A stretch of DNA of 64,000 nt, taken from Flectonema sp. DT1601 (Eukaryota). The notes beneath the pieces were generated by a model that was not told the origin of the DNA, did not search any database, and saw only the letters and a program-made list of their open reading frames with translations. Positions 12,417 through 25,100 of this stretch are shown here, piece after piece (position 1 is the first letter of the stretch; every line of letters begins with the position of its first letter). The DNA lies in assembly GCA_964019425.1 (NCBI GenBank), contig OZ025783.1, positions 744,001 to 808,000 on the forward strand, written 5' to 3'. Made by a program: the position numbers and the translations under genes.

Positions 12417-14416
12417 ATGACCGACACGTACGGAAGACTAGATGAGAACACTGTGAGATGTGATACAATCAAACAAAGCATCGAATCAATTAGATCGTCA
12501 AATGAGTTCACACAACTAAAAAAAGCATCCATCCAAATACTTGTTAAGGAAAGAACTGGAAGGGAATTAACAGAAGAAGAAGTATCTCATCAAATAGAAT
12601 TCGATATGAAGAAAGAAGAGCTTGCGGAGTTACAACTGGAGTTGAGTGAATTAAAATCAGAAAGACAAATGCTGATGGATCTATTGCAAAAAGGTGACTC
12701 GAAAGAAAAAGCCGTAGCACCTGAAGCGATTGAGAAAGTAGTAGTGATGGGTGAAAAAAACGAAGGATCCTCCGAACTTGCTATTTTAGAAAGTCAAAAA
12801 GAGATTCTTGCATTAAAATTACAGCTTCAAGGAAACGTGATCCAGTACAATGAACGGCACCAAGTTCAAAGGCCAGCTCAGATAATAGAAGAAGAACCTG
12901 AGGACTCAGAACCCGCTGATGATTCCGATGAGGATAAAAAGCAATACTGGACTTGCAGATCTTTACCATTTCCTACAGTGTTAACATCGTTATTGTTTAT
13001 TTCATGGGTCATTTGGGTTACAAATGCTGTTGAAGTAGACTACCGTATCCCAAGTGGAATCTGGATTGGTCTATCTATGCAATTACTGCTTTTAGTGGCA
13101 TACGTTTTGTTAGATGAGAAGGCTGTTACTTTAATAACGATCCTTGCCGCAGCAACTTTCGGATATCTACTAATGGCAAGCCCGCTATTAGTAGGGTCTG
13201 ATGCAAATGTAGTTGCAGTTATCAATTGCGAATCTCAGATCTATGCCCTGAGTGGATCAGGTGCTCGCCCAACAGTAGCTGCCGTCGCATTTATATTGTG
13301 TTTGACTATCGATTTTATTATTGTGATTACTTATGGGTTTAAAAAAATCACTTACTGCCCAGCCAGTGTCGCTGAAAGCAAACCCCGTTGTAAAGTAAAG
13401 AACACTTGGATCATTCACGTTGCTACAATTGTGGTATGTTTTAATGGTGTTTAAAATCCAATCTTATGACTTTGAAAAAAAATAAATAAATAAAATAAAC
13501 AAACAAACAGTTTTTCCAAGTAACTGGTTGGTTAGTAACATTAGGGGGAACGGGAACCGCACAACACGAAGTAGTAAGCTATTATTACGACTATATTTTT
13601 ACCCTTCCTTTACGCCAGCTTTGGTATTCTGTTGTACTACAATTTTTTACAGTTATTTTTGTTTGCATATATTGCATTGTTGGGCTGTCAAAGAACGTTG
13701 ATACCTGGAGAATACCTGCGATTGGCCTTTTGGTTTTATCCACGGGATACTCGATGTCATTAACCGACTTGTTTATTGAAGGTCGTGAAATACCTTTCAA
13801 GATTGGCACTGCTTATAAAGCCTGCCTTGCTGGTAATATTATTTCTAACATATCTAATTATTGGTCGATAATATTTATAGGCAATAGAAGATTTTATGAG
13901 GCGGAGTTTAAACCTACTCAGAGAAAGGTGTACGTTCCCGGTGGGGTCATGTTGTTCAGCGTGCAGGTATTGGGTTTTGCGGTTTATTTTGCTGGACTGA
14001 TGTGGCTAAAATCAGTAATTCCTGGATCCAGCAAACTTATGAGAAGCGATTGGTGGGCTCTTGCAATGCAAGCAATATTAGTGATTGCTCCCCACGTGTT
14101 TTCTATGGTAATTGCTGACATAAAACAGTGGTGTTGTGTCGTGATGGCATTGACAGCTATTGGCTCACAGTTCATCTTATACCGTACATCTGTTTACTTC
14201 GAGTTTTCCCGCCTTCCTGATAATTTCGGTGGAGCTGGAGGTGTCAGTGGTGTTGGGGCTTTGCTTTGTGTTGTTGTTAATATTGCTGTTATTTTTATTC
14301 ATGGGCAAGTATACTTTCGTAAAATGCTTTTTCTTTCAAAACCAAAAAGAAGTCTAGACCCTTCACTACCAGGCATGCACGCCGCAAGCGTTGCGCTCTT
14401 ATCTGTTGCCGAGTAG
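12417..14416 (+). CDS. Unknown multi-pass membrane protein with N-terminal coiled coil; 2 exons (12417-13433, 13511-14416), 640 aa
   Basis: A phase-0 intron GTATGT...AAACAAACAG (13434-13510) joins ORF 12417 in frame to ORF 13730 through an open 13511-13729 segment. Charged coiled-coil N-terminus followed by many hydrophobic helices. Confidence 0.75.
13434..13510 (+). other. Spliceosomal intron, 77 nt
   Basis: GTATGT donor, AAACAAACAG acceptor; removal restores the reading frame. Confidence 0.85.
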
Positions 14417-15076
14417 CTGCTATTCAACAATTAGTAGTCTTGCATGTGAATACTTGTTGTCATTTGAGTAGCAATTCTTTCACCTCTCTATATAAGTTGA
14501 TGTCGGTAATTGCCTACTGAGTCTCTTGTAGTCATTCTAAAACTTGACTACGAAGATGAATTCATTCCTTAACCCATTGTGCTTTACTGTTTAAACTTTA
14601 TCAAACTATCACCCTTTGAGGAATTACCTAATATCATCAAAGGCTCATTTATATTTTCTTTGGTAAGTTTGTTTGTTATCATTTCTTGTTCTTCTTTCTT
14701 GTTGTTATGTGATGATCAACAAGACTTGGTGAAACCTTTTATTGGTATTGCCAGTTTAGTCTGTTCACAATTGTCTCTTTGTGATTCTGACCCTTACATA
14801 TTTGTGAAGTTATTCATGTTGCTCAACTCTTTTGTTGTACCTTTTTTTAAACCTTTTTGTAAGCCTGTTGGCGATATTTATCATGGGGGGGTTTTCTCTG
14901 GAGATATCATTTTCTTCTGTGGTGTGGAGGGCATTAGACGTGTGATTATTTTTCATAAAGAAAGGTTTTATTCATAATAGATACGTAATCTAAAAAAAAA
15001 AAAATCTTTTTATTTATTCTAATCTTCACGCCTCTCCCCCCCTTTCGTATCGTATTAAATCCTCCCTTTTTATTTT

Positions 15077-15190
15077 CAACCTGTTATCTGGGCAAGGTGG
15101 ACAGCTGGAAATTGATCCTTCCATCCGAAGCGATAGAAACCCAATCACCGATCTGATTGGGTCCTCAACTACTTAGAGGTCTAAAGTAGT
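15077..15190. repeat. Copy A of a dispersed structured repeat family (other copies at 27647, 28829, 29701, 30255)
   Basis: Shares CAACCTGTTA..GGCA.GGTGGA, GGAA..GATC.TTCC, CAATC-loop-GATTGGGTCCT and CTAC-loop-GTAGT with copy B. Confidence 0.7.
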
Positions 15191-16047
15191 ATAACTACTG
15201 CCTGGAACGAATCCGTAAAGAGATTTGTCCTCGATGGTTCTAATGCACTAGCACAAGGCCGGGTGTAATGAAACCATGCACGATGAGTAGTCTTCAGACC
15301 ACTACCGTGACTGTCCTCAGCATAGCGTGGCTGCCCTAAAAGTTCCCTGAGGTTCTTCAGGGGCTCCGCACCGAGACGAAGCTTAGCCAGCTATGTACTG
15401 AAACTACATAATTATAGTGTTGCTCGATGACGAAAACCAATACCCCCAAAAAAAAACAAAAAAAAACAGTAAATAAGTTTCTATTCATCCAGCAGTTGAT
15501 ATCTGACACTGTTGAATAGTTCACTCAATCAAGAGATGAAAAAAGAACGGTTTAATAAAAAACACATCGTTCCGCTATTTCATTTAAACATAATCTTGGT
15601 TTTATCTGCTGTAGTTGATTCGCGTTTCGTTCGTATTAATCTTTAAGTTTAATTTAATCATTGTTTTCTCTTTTTCGTCACGTAGAAGTGTTTTGCGAGC
15701 GAAAGAATTGGGGCAGCGTAACCTGAACACCCTTACTTTTTTGGCTTGTTTCCGGTTACGCACAAACAAAAACAAAGCGTGAGTATAATTCAGTGAGGTA
15801 CCGAGTCTTTTTTTTCCTTCTTCTACTTTTTCTTCTTGTTTTTTTTTCTCCCCCAAAAAACTCAGCAATCGCCTGTCTGAACCCTTTGACAGCATTTTCG
15901 GTAGCTATTACAACTGATGAGCGAGTTTTTTTGCTCAAAAGACGCAACGATGATTCTTAAAGATAACATCGTTATGGTGATTTCTTTTAATTTTCTTAAC
16001 TTTACTTTAATTCCATTCTAAAGGAGGAGTACCAATAACGGTTTCTA

Positions 16048-19000
16048 ATGACGTCTTTCCTTCTGATAGATAATAATATCGTTAGCGAACACACTGAAGG
16101 TCTGTTGGCTTCCGATGTTCAGAAAGCAGGTGTGGTACAAAACTGTCAGACAGGTCAGATTATTGGTAATCAAAATAAACTTGAAGGAGGAAATATCTAC
16201 AAGTTGGTTGAAGATGATGAGAATAATGATGTTTGCAGAATTTGTAGGGGACAAGAAGGATATTTAATGACACCGTGTTCATGTTCTGGATCAATGCAGT
16301 ATGCTCATCGCAGTTGTATGCTAGTCTGGATTGTCAGACAAAAAACAACAAAATGCGACGTTTGCAGACTCCAATTCAGAATCACTAAAATCTATGAGAA
16401 AGGAGCACCCCTCATTAACGATACGCAAGCAATATCAATATCTACGTTGTCAACTATGGCCAACAAGTCTCTCGCTAGATCTTTCAAAGGTTTTTGCTAC
16501 GCAGCTCTGGCAGGTGTAAAATTCTTAATAGTTTGGAGTTTTATAGTTCCTTGGGTTCTATTCTCTGTAATGCAACTAACACTATCAATCGATAACACTT
16601 ATGAAAGTAATACTGAAATGACTATAATCGATCTGGTGCTTAATGTTCTAAACTCACAAATAGAAGCTCCCGTTTCGCAGAAAATCCGCGCCATCGTATT
16701 AGGGATAGGCATCTGTGGATTCGGAATCATTTTATTGTGTATAAGAATAATCTTATGGAGGTGGTGTAACGAGAATTGGGAACATGTTTCTTCTCTCAAA
16801 TATTCTCGAGAGCAATTGGAATCTGCCAATGCGGAGTTGCTTGGTGTCACACCTACCAATGAAGATGACTCAATGGAATATAAATACATAACTACTCCAG
16901 ACCTTCATATTGTTACTGCAATTCTTCGATGGTTTAACAAAGACCATGAAGACTTGGAGAGCTTTGTTTCACCAACTAACAACACAAAGAAAGCTATCCT
17001 CTTACGAGGCCCAGCAATCACTGGAGCAACTCACGATGGTGACATACCCCTGATCGAAATGATGTACTCTGTGGTGTATCAAAGCAAGGGAGTTGACGTT
17101 GAGAAATGCGTCACTTTTTTGTATCCAAAAATAGGAATCAGTGACCGACAAGTTGCAATTGAAAATGATGATGAATACCTCAACAGTGATGTTAGTACTA
17201 AACCACATGCTTGTGAATCTGATTTAAGTAACAAATATCACATAGCTGATCGATTAGTTTCAGCATCCGAACTGTCAAGTGCTTACGATCTATTACAACA
17301 GAGGTCTAAGAGAGGACATGTTGTCTTGGATCCAGAAGGCGTACCTCAAATAACAAAGGAAGTAGGGCCATCAAACACTACTCACATTATTTCAGATGAA
17401 TTAGTGAGATATCGAATCAGTGCACACGAGACAAAGAAGTCATCAATCGATCTAGGTCCACGCCAAGATTATAACTGCCGAGCGATAACTCTTTTAGTAG
17501 GTGGCATTTGTCATCCAGCAATATATGTGTTGGCTGTGCAATGTTTTGTGTTGTTTTGCTCGCCATTAGTTTTTAAGCGAATAGTGTTTTCTTTTTTTGA
17601 TTTTGGATTTCTTGACGTGGTTCCAAATAATTACATTAATCGTATCAAACTTATTGTTCTCGGACACTCAGAAAACTCATCCTATGCCCTGGATGCACTC
17701 TCTCACAGTTTCTGGCTCATTGCACTGTATCTGTTCTTGTTACCTGTGTTGTGCTCTGCAGCTGTGGCTCTTGTTAAGATGCTCCCTGCTGAAGTAGGTG
17801 ATCATCCACAGCCCAGTTTAAGAAAATCAATTCAGCAATCAAAGCTGTACGCCATGTCAATGTTAAGACTAGCATTGTACATAACTCAAAAGTATAAATT
17901 ACTATTACGATTTTCTGTTTGTCTTTTATGGCACACGTTATCAATCCCACTCATCGTTGGAAGGTTTTTATTCATTCTTTCACACGGCATTATATCAACT
18001 GGAACTGATCCGATAGCCACGCAACTGACTACTCAAGATTTTCAAATTCCTAAATTTACCGTCCTTGATAAGAATCCACCTTCACCATTGGTATGGACGT
18101 TTGAACCAGATGATCATAGTAGGATACCTGCTTATTATAGTTTGAATTTTACAACTTTGTTGCCGGTTAATAATAATCAAAAACTTGAATGGAATCCGTC
18201 GACAGTAAATACATTTATAAATGTTCCTCCTCCAGAAAGTATCAAACCGATTGATTCCGCTGAAACCATTGAGGACGTGGCTGATGCTGTAGTAGACAGT
18301 ATCGAAGGATTCTTGTCTGTTTACAGAATCGGATTCGCTCCGTTGTGGACTATCGGTTTTGTTTTTTCACTAACATTACTTGTACTTTTGGATACAATTA
18401 CTGAACGAGTCCGTGCAGCAGCATTGTCCGCAATGTTTCCGATGTTGTCACTCCGTGTTCCACCTGAAGACGGGGTTAATGTGATCTTATACTTCACAAA
18501 TACCTATTTTATAAAACAATTAGCAAATCAATTTTTTATTCTCGTATTTTGTTTTATTGCAACCGTAGGAATAGTCAGGGCCCCCTTGAGAGCTCTCGTT
18601 GCTATTTCTCCTAACCTTTTTCCATTGAGATTAATTCACATGGACCCGGTAAGACTTGTTGGTGACACGTTTTTATTAAATGTGATTGTTGTGACTTGTG
18701 ATAAGATGGATGTGATGTTGGTTTTAGGAAACTTGTTTAAGAAAATAATGAGGTATTTTGTTGATTTTTTGCAACTGCGATCCTTCGTGTTTGGTGGCGA
18801 CACCCTCGATGGAGAAAATATAGCCACGACGCAAATACTTGAAAATGGTGTGGTGGTTCACCTACCTCCCCAAACAGATGTTCGTTTATCACTACTGTTG
18901 CTTTGCTGCTGGACAACAGTAAGTTTCCTTACTGCAGTTTCTGTGGGGATTCCGGTCTTGATCGGTTCTTGTGCTCGTAATCTGATTGATGAAATCAGTT

Positions 19001-21351
19001 TTGTTGATTGTTTTTTTATCGGAATTTGTATTTGTACTGGCTCACCTTATGTTGCCATTCAAGTTATTGACGCGGCTAAGAAGGCTCAAGTTCCGAAGAA
19101 AAATCTTTTCGACATTAAAAATATTACTTTCCCGAATACTGAAAACTTATCTGAAAACAAGTCACCAAAAGCTGTAGAAAACGATAGCAACAAATTACTA
19201 GAAAAACAGAACCAGGAGACTGTTGGTGATCGTGATAACAACGATATAGAAAACGGTGTAGCGCAGGTAGCTACCTCACCATCTGCTTCCGATTCTGATC
19301 CCCAGCCGTCTTCAGTGAGTGAATCTCTACTGGCTGTTGAAAAGAATGAATCGCCGCCACAAGTGATTCCCGCATCAGATTATACTAATCAGGTTACTAA
19401 TGAAGAAACACTCACACCGGTACCAACACTCACAACACCAACATCTGGTGGTGATGATGAGAGTAATGAGTGTCGTACTGAAACTCCAGCAGTTACTACA
19501 ACACCAACACCACCGTCAACTCCACCATCAACATCAACACCAACATTACTACCTGGTGGTGATGATAAGGTATTTCACGCAGCAAGTAATAACAATGAGT
19601 GTCGTACTGAAGCTCCAGTAGGTACTACAACACCAACACTACCATCAACATCAACACCAACACCACCGTCAACACCAACACCCGAGCCTAACATAGAACA
19701 ACTGGAAGGTGAAATGACGAGTAGTACTTCAAATCAAGACACTTCAAGCACAGACTCTGATGGTGAACCCAAAGCTGCAAAACCACCAGCTAGTGAAAGC
19801 GCATCAAGCGCATCAATTGGTAATAATGAATTGCAGCATGCTATCGCATATGCACGCAATCAGATGAGAGGAACTTCAGAAGGAGACTCAGCATCGAACC
19901 CGACCCTTGATGGTATTCCTCAAGCGGAAATCTCATCACCAAAAGAGAAACCAATCCCTGAAAAACCTGAAAATAAAGAAGATGACCAACAAAAACAAAT
20001 TCAATATCAAAGTGTTGGTGGGGAACTTCAGGTTGGTGACACAGTGAGAACATTGAAAAAACTTGAGTTTAAGAGTGGAAAATCAGTCCCTATTGCAGCT
20101 GTTGGTGTAGTTCGTAAAGTTCCAGGAAGTCATAAAACAATCGCTTCTGTTCGTGTTAATGGAGTTCAGTTTGGTGTTGACCCTGGAGACGTCGAACGAG
20201 TTGTTCCTGTGGCAAGCCTAAAGCGTCCAAGAATCATTCCTGAAAACTATTACACTCTACTGGAACAAGCAGTAAAAGATGAAACTAAAGGTAAAACAAT
20301 GATGGACGCCTACCGTCGAAAGCTCCCTGTAAATAAAACAATCCTTTTAACGAGCACTCTGTTATATCACGCGGGTATTATTGATGCACAGGTAGACGCT
20401 TTTGGGACTCTGAAGAGTGCGAAAATAAAATCCTACGAGGAAGAACGTGAACAACTAAAAGACCCAGGGCACGATATTACACCTTTCGAGGAAGAAATAT
20501 TATCGCTGCTCACTACTATTGTTGGAGACCCAACTGGACTTCTGGATTTTGAAGCCCATCACATGAAGAATCCTCGCACCAGACTAACAGTCTATACTCA
20601 CATATGGGCGCAAGTTATGAACCAACAAGAGATTATGAACGGAAGAGCTGATAGACAACGTCTGGCAGTATCCAACTTTGGTTTTCTTGGTCTGGTAGTC
20701 TTCGGTCTTTGGAGAGCTTGTTCAACTATACTACCGTGTTTTATATTACTGTTTCATTGGGTTGTAATGTGGTTGGTATTTGCAGGAATACTACCACTTA
20801 TGACTGGATACCTAATGGATTTTGTAGGTGCGCTTCCAAGTGGTGTCAGAGCAGATCAATGTATCAATATCAATTGGGGGTCAACATACACAATTGGATT
20901 GGTTTACTTTGAGATCTGGGTGAGATGCACAATTGTAACACCATCATGGTTCAGTTACTCTTGGAAACAATATTGGGTTAGAATTGGGACAGATGGTTTA
21001 CGAGGAGCAGATTCTTTCGCTGCAATTCGCGACCTGGGAATCCCTGCGTTCGCATCTCTCGCTCGACTCCTTTGTTTCCCTCACATCGTCCAGGAGTTTA
21101 TTCTCCCTATTTTCGCACCTAATTTTCCTTTAATTGCATTTATTCATCATCATCGTGTTTGTCATGCAATCTATTTTATAATAGTTTGTCTTCATAAGAT
21201 ACAACAATATCTAATTACTACTTTGAGACCTATTTTAAGCACCCTTTGTAGGATCGCTCACGATGAGAATTATTTGATAGGTTTATGGATTCACGAGTAC
21301 GATGCTGAGGGGTTGCCCAGCGCTGAAGTTACTCCTGAAAATGAGGGCTAG
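16048..21351 (+). CDS. RING-CH (RINGv) multi-pass E3 ubiquitin ligase, MARCH6/Doa10-like, with long insertions
   Basis: N-terminal CRICRGQEGYLMTPCSCSGSMQYAHRSCMLVWI...CDVCR..F.ITKIY (C4HC3); many TM segments; C-terminal HDENYLIGLWIHEY resembles the conserved D..YL.G..L.N end of MARCH6/Doa10. Confidence 0.8.
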   Translation: MTSFLLIDNNIVSEHTEGLLASDVQKAGVVQNCQTGQIIGNQNKLEGGNIYKLVEDDENNDVCRICRGQEGYLMTPCSCSGSMQYAHRSCMLVWIVRQKTTKCDVCRLQFRITKIYEKGAPLINDTQAISISTLSTMANKSLARSFKGFCYAALAGVKFLIVWSFIVPWVLFSVMQLTLSIDNTYESNTEMTIIDLVLNVLNSQIEAPVSQKIRAIVLGIGICGFGIILLCIRIILWRWCNENWEHVSSLKYSREQLESANAELLGVTPTNEDDSMEYKYITTPDLHIVTAILRWFNKDHEDLESFVSPTNNTKKAILLRGPAITGATHDGDIPLIEMMYSVVYQSKGVDVEKCVTFLYPKIGISDRQVAIENDDEYLNSDVSTKPHACESDLSNKYHIADRLVSASELSSAYDLLQQRSKRGHVVLDPEGVPQITKEVGPSNTTHIISDELVRYRISAHETKKSSIDLGPRQDYNCRAITLLVGGICHPAIYVLAVQCFVLFCSPLVFKRIVFSFFDFGFLDVVPNNYINRIKLIVLGHSENSSYALDALSHSFWLIALYLFLLPVLCSAAVALVKMLPAEVGDHPQPSLRKSIQQSKLYAMSMLRLALYITQKYKLLLRFSVCLLWHTLSIPLIVGRFLFILSHGIISTGTDPIATQLTTQDFQIPKFTVLDKNPPSPLVWTFEPDDHSRIPAYYSLNFTTLLPVNNNQKLEWNPSTVNTFINVPPPESIKPIDSAETIEDVADAVVDSIEGFLSVYRIGFAPLWTIGFVFSLTLLVLLDTITERVRAAALSAMFPMLSLRVPPEDGVNVILYFTNTYFIKQLANQFFILVFCFIATVGIVRAPLRALVAISPNLFPLRLIHMDPVRLVGDTFLLNVIVVTCDKMDVMLVLGNLFKKIMRYFVDFLQLRSFVFGGDTLDGENIATTQILENGVVVHLPPQTDVRLSLLLLCCWTTVSFLTAVSVGIPVLIGSCARNLIDEISFVDCFFIGICICTGSPYVAIQVIDAAKKAQVPKKNLFDIKNITFPNTENLSENKSPKAVENDSNKLLEKQNQETVGDRDNNDIENGVAQVATSPSASDSDPQPSSVSESLLAVEKNESPPQVIPASDYTNQVTNEETLTPVPTLTTPTSGGDDESNECRTETPAVTTTPTPPSTPPSTSTPTLLPGGDDKVFHAASNNNECRTEAPVGTTTPTLPSTSTPTPPSTPTPEPNIEQLEGEMTSSTSNQDTSSTDSDGEPKAAKPPASESASSASIGNNELQHAIAYARNQMRGTSEGDSASNPTLDGIPQAEISSPKEKPIPEKPENKEDDQQKQIQYQSVGGELQVGDTVRTLKKLEFKSGKSVPIAAVGVVRKVPGSHKTIASVRVNGVQFGVDPGDVERVVPVASLKRPRIIPENYYTLLEQAVKDETKGKTMMDAYRRKLPVNKTILLTSTLLYHAGIIDAQVDAFGTLKSAKIKSYEEEREQLKDPGHDITPFEEEILSLLTTIVGDPTGLLDFEAHHMKNPRTRLTVYTHIWAQVMNQQEIMNGRADRQRLAVSNFGFLGLVVFGLWRACSTILPCFILLFHWVVMWLVFAGILPLMTGYLMDFVGALPSGVRADQCININWGSTYTIGLVYFEIWVRCTIVTPSWFSYSWKQYWVRIGTDGLRGADSFAAIRDLGIPAFASLARLLCFPHIVQEFILPIFAPNFPLIAFIHHHRVCHAIYFIIVCLHKIQQYLITTLRPILSTLCRIAHDENYLIGLWIHEYDAEGLPSAEVTPENEG
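19420..19682 (+). repeat. Imperfect internal coding duplication (T/P/S-rich) in the E3 ligase
   Basis: AATGAGTGTCGTACTGAA at 19465 and 19594; CTGGTGGTGATGAT twice; ACACCAAC micro-repeats (NECRTE.P..TTTPT.P twice). Confidence 0.8.
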
Positions 21352-22152
21352 CTGTCAGATTAGGTATTCTGACTTTGAACTGTAAGCGTCGTAAATACTT
21401 GCGAAAGTGTTCGTGGAGGTATTGTTCTCTTTTTTCAGAGAGATTCAGATCAAATCCTTTACACTCGCAAGTAATTAACAACGGGATTCGTCAGAGAGAT
21501 ACACTTGAGGTGGTTTCCTGAGTGTTTTTCTCTCACCTTCTCTCCTCATATCTGGTTAATTAACTTATTATTAAGAAAAAATAAATAAATTAAAAAAAAA
21601 AAAAATGACGCCAAAAGACGGTCAAAAAATCTTTTTTTTTTTTTTTTTTTAAATTCGCCCCTCTGTTCCTGACTAGCACGTTATTTTGTCGATTTTTAAC
21701 ATTCTTTTCTTTTTATCCATAATAAGACCATTGTTTTTTTTTTTTTTTTTTTGAATTAAAATGCTAGTGTTGCATTTGAGAATTTCAGCCTCTTCTTAAA
21801 AGTTTGAGTTTAAAAAAAAAATAAAAATAAAAAAAAAAAATGATAAATAACATTCTGGTGATGTGACACAATTTCTACACTTTATTAAACAAAAGCCTTG
21901 ACAAGACTAGGGTATTATGCGACATTTAGCCTGTACTATGCGAGTCAACTGATGCTATGCCACTCATCCAAGAAAATTTTTATCAGTGTTGTCCAAAGGC
22001 TTCATTTCATCGCCACGTCACTAGTGACAGACAACGTTGTTCTAACTGTTTTGGTAAATCAAAAAAAAAAAAAAAAAAAAAAAATGGAACAAAAAAAATT
22101 AAAAAAACCCTAATGAGAGTACGAGATTTCATTTCACTAAAACAGATTCCTA

Positions 22153-25100
22153 ATGTGGATCCCCCCAATATGGGTAGTTTTATTGTTGATGATTGATATC
22201 GTAAGTGGTCTGACTGAAACTTATTCTACAACGACTACGATTGCTCGTCGCGCTTCAATTGATACGACATTCTCATCATCTTATACTTTTCTGACATTGC
22301 AGTCAATTCGGTTAGTAATTGTTGAAAGCGGATGTTTTATCGGTGATTCGGAATTTAAATTTCAACTGTCTAGCGCTAGCTGTGGTGTAGATCAAAAAAT
22401 CCTTGATGACGAGGATGACTGTGACCCCTCGTGTACTCATCCTCTGTCTGGTACTTTCTCTTGCAGCCAAGCAACATCTGATTGGGTTCTAAATTATAAG
22501 AACAGAAACTCTCTTTGTGATGTTACTGAATTCAGCTATGTGTTAACCGTTTCATCAGTGCCACCTACACCGATACCACCGACTCCGGTGCCGCCGACAC
22601 TAATTCCACCAACTCCAGTGCCGCCGACACCAATACCACCAACTCCAGTGCCACCTACTCTGGTGCCGCCAACGCCAATACCACCAACACCAGTGCCACC
22701 GACTCTGGCGCCGCCGACACCAATACCACCAACTCCAGTGCCGCCTACTCTGGTGCCGCCGACACCAATACCACCAACACCAGTGCCACCTACTCTGGTG
22801 CCGCCGACACCAATTCCACCGACTCCGGCGCCGTCGACACCAATACCACCAACTCCGGTGCCGCCGACACCAATTCCACCGACTCCAGTGCCGCCTACTC
22901 TGGTGCCGCCGACGCCAATACCGCCAACTCCGGTGCCGCCGACACCAATTCCACCTACTCCGGTGCCGCCAATACCGCCAACTGCAGTGCCACTGACTCC
23001 GGTGCCGCCGACACCAATACCGCCAACACCAGTGCCACCGACTCCAGTGCTGCCTACTCTGGTGCCGCCGACACCAATTCCACCTACTCCGGTGCCGCCA
23101 ATACCGCCAACTGTGCCGCCTACTCTGGTGCCGCCGACACCAATACCGCCAACTCCGGTGCCGCCAATACCGCCAACTGCAGTGCCACTGACTCCGGTGC
23201 CGCCGACACCAATACCGCCAACACCAGTGCCACCGACTCCAGTGCTGCCTACTCTGGTGCCGCCGACGCCAATTCCACCTACTCCGGTGCCGCCAATACC
23301 GCCAACTGTGCCGCCGACTCCAGTGCCGCCTACTCTGGTGCCGCCGACACCAATACCGCCAACTCCGGTGCCGCCAATACCGCCAACTGCAGTGCCACTG
23401 ACTCCGGTGCCGCCGACACCAATACCGCCAACACCAGTGCCACCGACTCCAGTGCTGCCTACTCTGGTGCCGCCGACGCCAATTCCACCTACTCCGGTGC
23501 CGCCAATACCGCCAACTGTGCCGCCTACTCTGGTGCCGCCGACACCAATACCGCCAACTCCGGTGCCGCCAATACCGCCAACTGCAGTGCCACTGACTCC
23601 GGTGCCGCCGACACCAATACCGCCAACACCAGTGCCACCGACTCCAGTGCTGCCTACTCTGGTGCCGCCGACGCCAATTCCACCTACTCCGGTGCCGCCA
23701 ATACCGCCAACTGTGCCGCCGACTCCAGTGCCGCCTACTCTGGTGCCGCCGACACCAATACCGCCAACTCCGGTGCCGCCAATACCGCCAACTGCAGTGC
23801 CACTGACTCCGGTGCCGCCGACACCAATACCGCCAACACCAGTGCCACCGACTCCAGTGCTGCCTACTCTGGTGCCGCCGACGCCAATTCCACCTACTCC
23901 GGTGCCGCCAATACCGCCAACTGTGCCGCCGACTCCAGTGCCGCCTACTCTGGTGCCGCCGACACCAATACCGCCAACTCCGGTGCCGCCAATACCGCCA
24001 ACTGCAGTGCCACTGACTCCGGTGCCGCCGACACCAATACCGCCAACACCAGTGCCACCGACTCCAGTGCTGCCTACTCTGGTGCCGCCGACGCCAATTC
24101 CACCTACTCCGGTGCCGCCAATACCGCCAACTGTGCCGCCGACTCCAGTGCCGCCTACTCTGGTGCCGCCGACACCAATACCGCCAACACCAGTGCCACC
24201 GACTCCAGTGCTGCCTACTCTGGTGCCGCCGACACCAATTCCACCTACTCCGGTGCCGCCAATACCGCCAACTGTGCCGCCTACTCTGGTGCCGCCGACA
24301 CCAATACCGCCAACTCCGGTGCCGCCAATACCGCCAACTGCAGTGCCACTGACTCCGGTGCCGCCGACACCAATACCGCCAACACCAGTGCCACCGACTC
24401 CAGTGCTGCCTACTCTGGTGCCGCCGACGCCAATTCCACCTACTCCGGTGCCGCCAATACCGCCAACTGTGCCGCCGACTCCAGTGCCGCCTACTCTGGT
24501 GCCGCCGACACCAATACCGCCAACTCCGGTGCCGCCAATACCGCCAACTGCAGTGCCACTGACTCCGGTGCCGCCGACACCAATACCGCCAACACCAGTG
24601 CCACCGACTCCAGTGCTGCCTACTCTGGTGCCGCCGACGCCAATTCCACCTACTCCGGTGCCGCCAATACCGCCAACTGTGCCGCCGACTCCAGTGCCGC
24701 CTACTCTGGTGCCGCCGACACCAATACCGCCAACTCCGGTGCCGCCAATACCGCCAACTGCAGTGCCACTGACTCCGGTGCCGCCGACACCAATACCGCC
24801 AACACCAGTGCCACCGACTCCAGTGCTGCCTACTCTGGTGCCGCCGACGCCAATTCCACCTACTCCGGTGCCGCCAATACCGCCAACTGTGCCGCCGACT
24901 CCAGTGCCGCCTACTCTGGTGCCGCCGACACCAATACCGCCAACTCCGGTGCCGCCAATACCGCCAACTGCAGTGCCACTGACTCCGGTGCCGCCGACAC
25001 CAATACCACCGACTCCAGTGCCACCTACTCTGGTACTGCCGACACCAATGCCGCCAACACCAGCACAACCGACTCCGATGCCGCTGCCGACACCCGTACC

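Noticed and set aside
14579..14977. 132-aa hydrophobic + strand ORF
   Set aside because: No ATG start and T-rich; more likely the complement of an A-rich decayed element.
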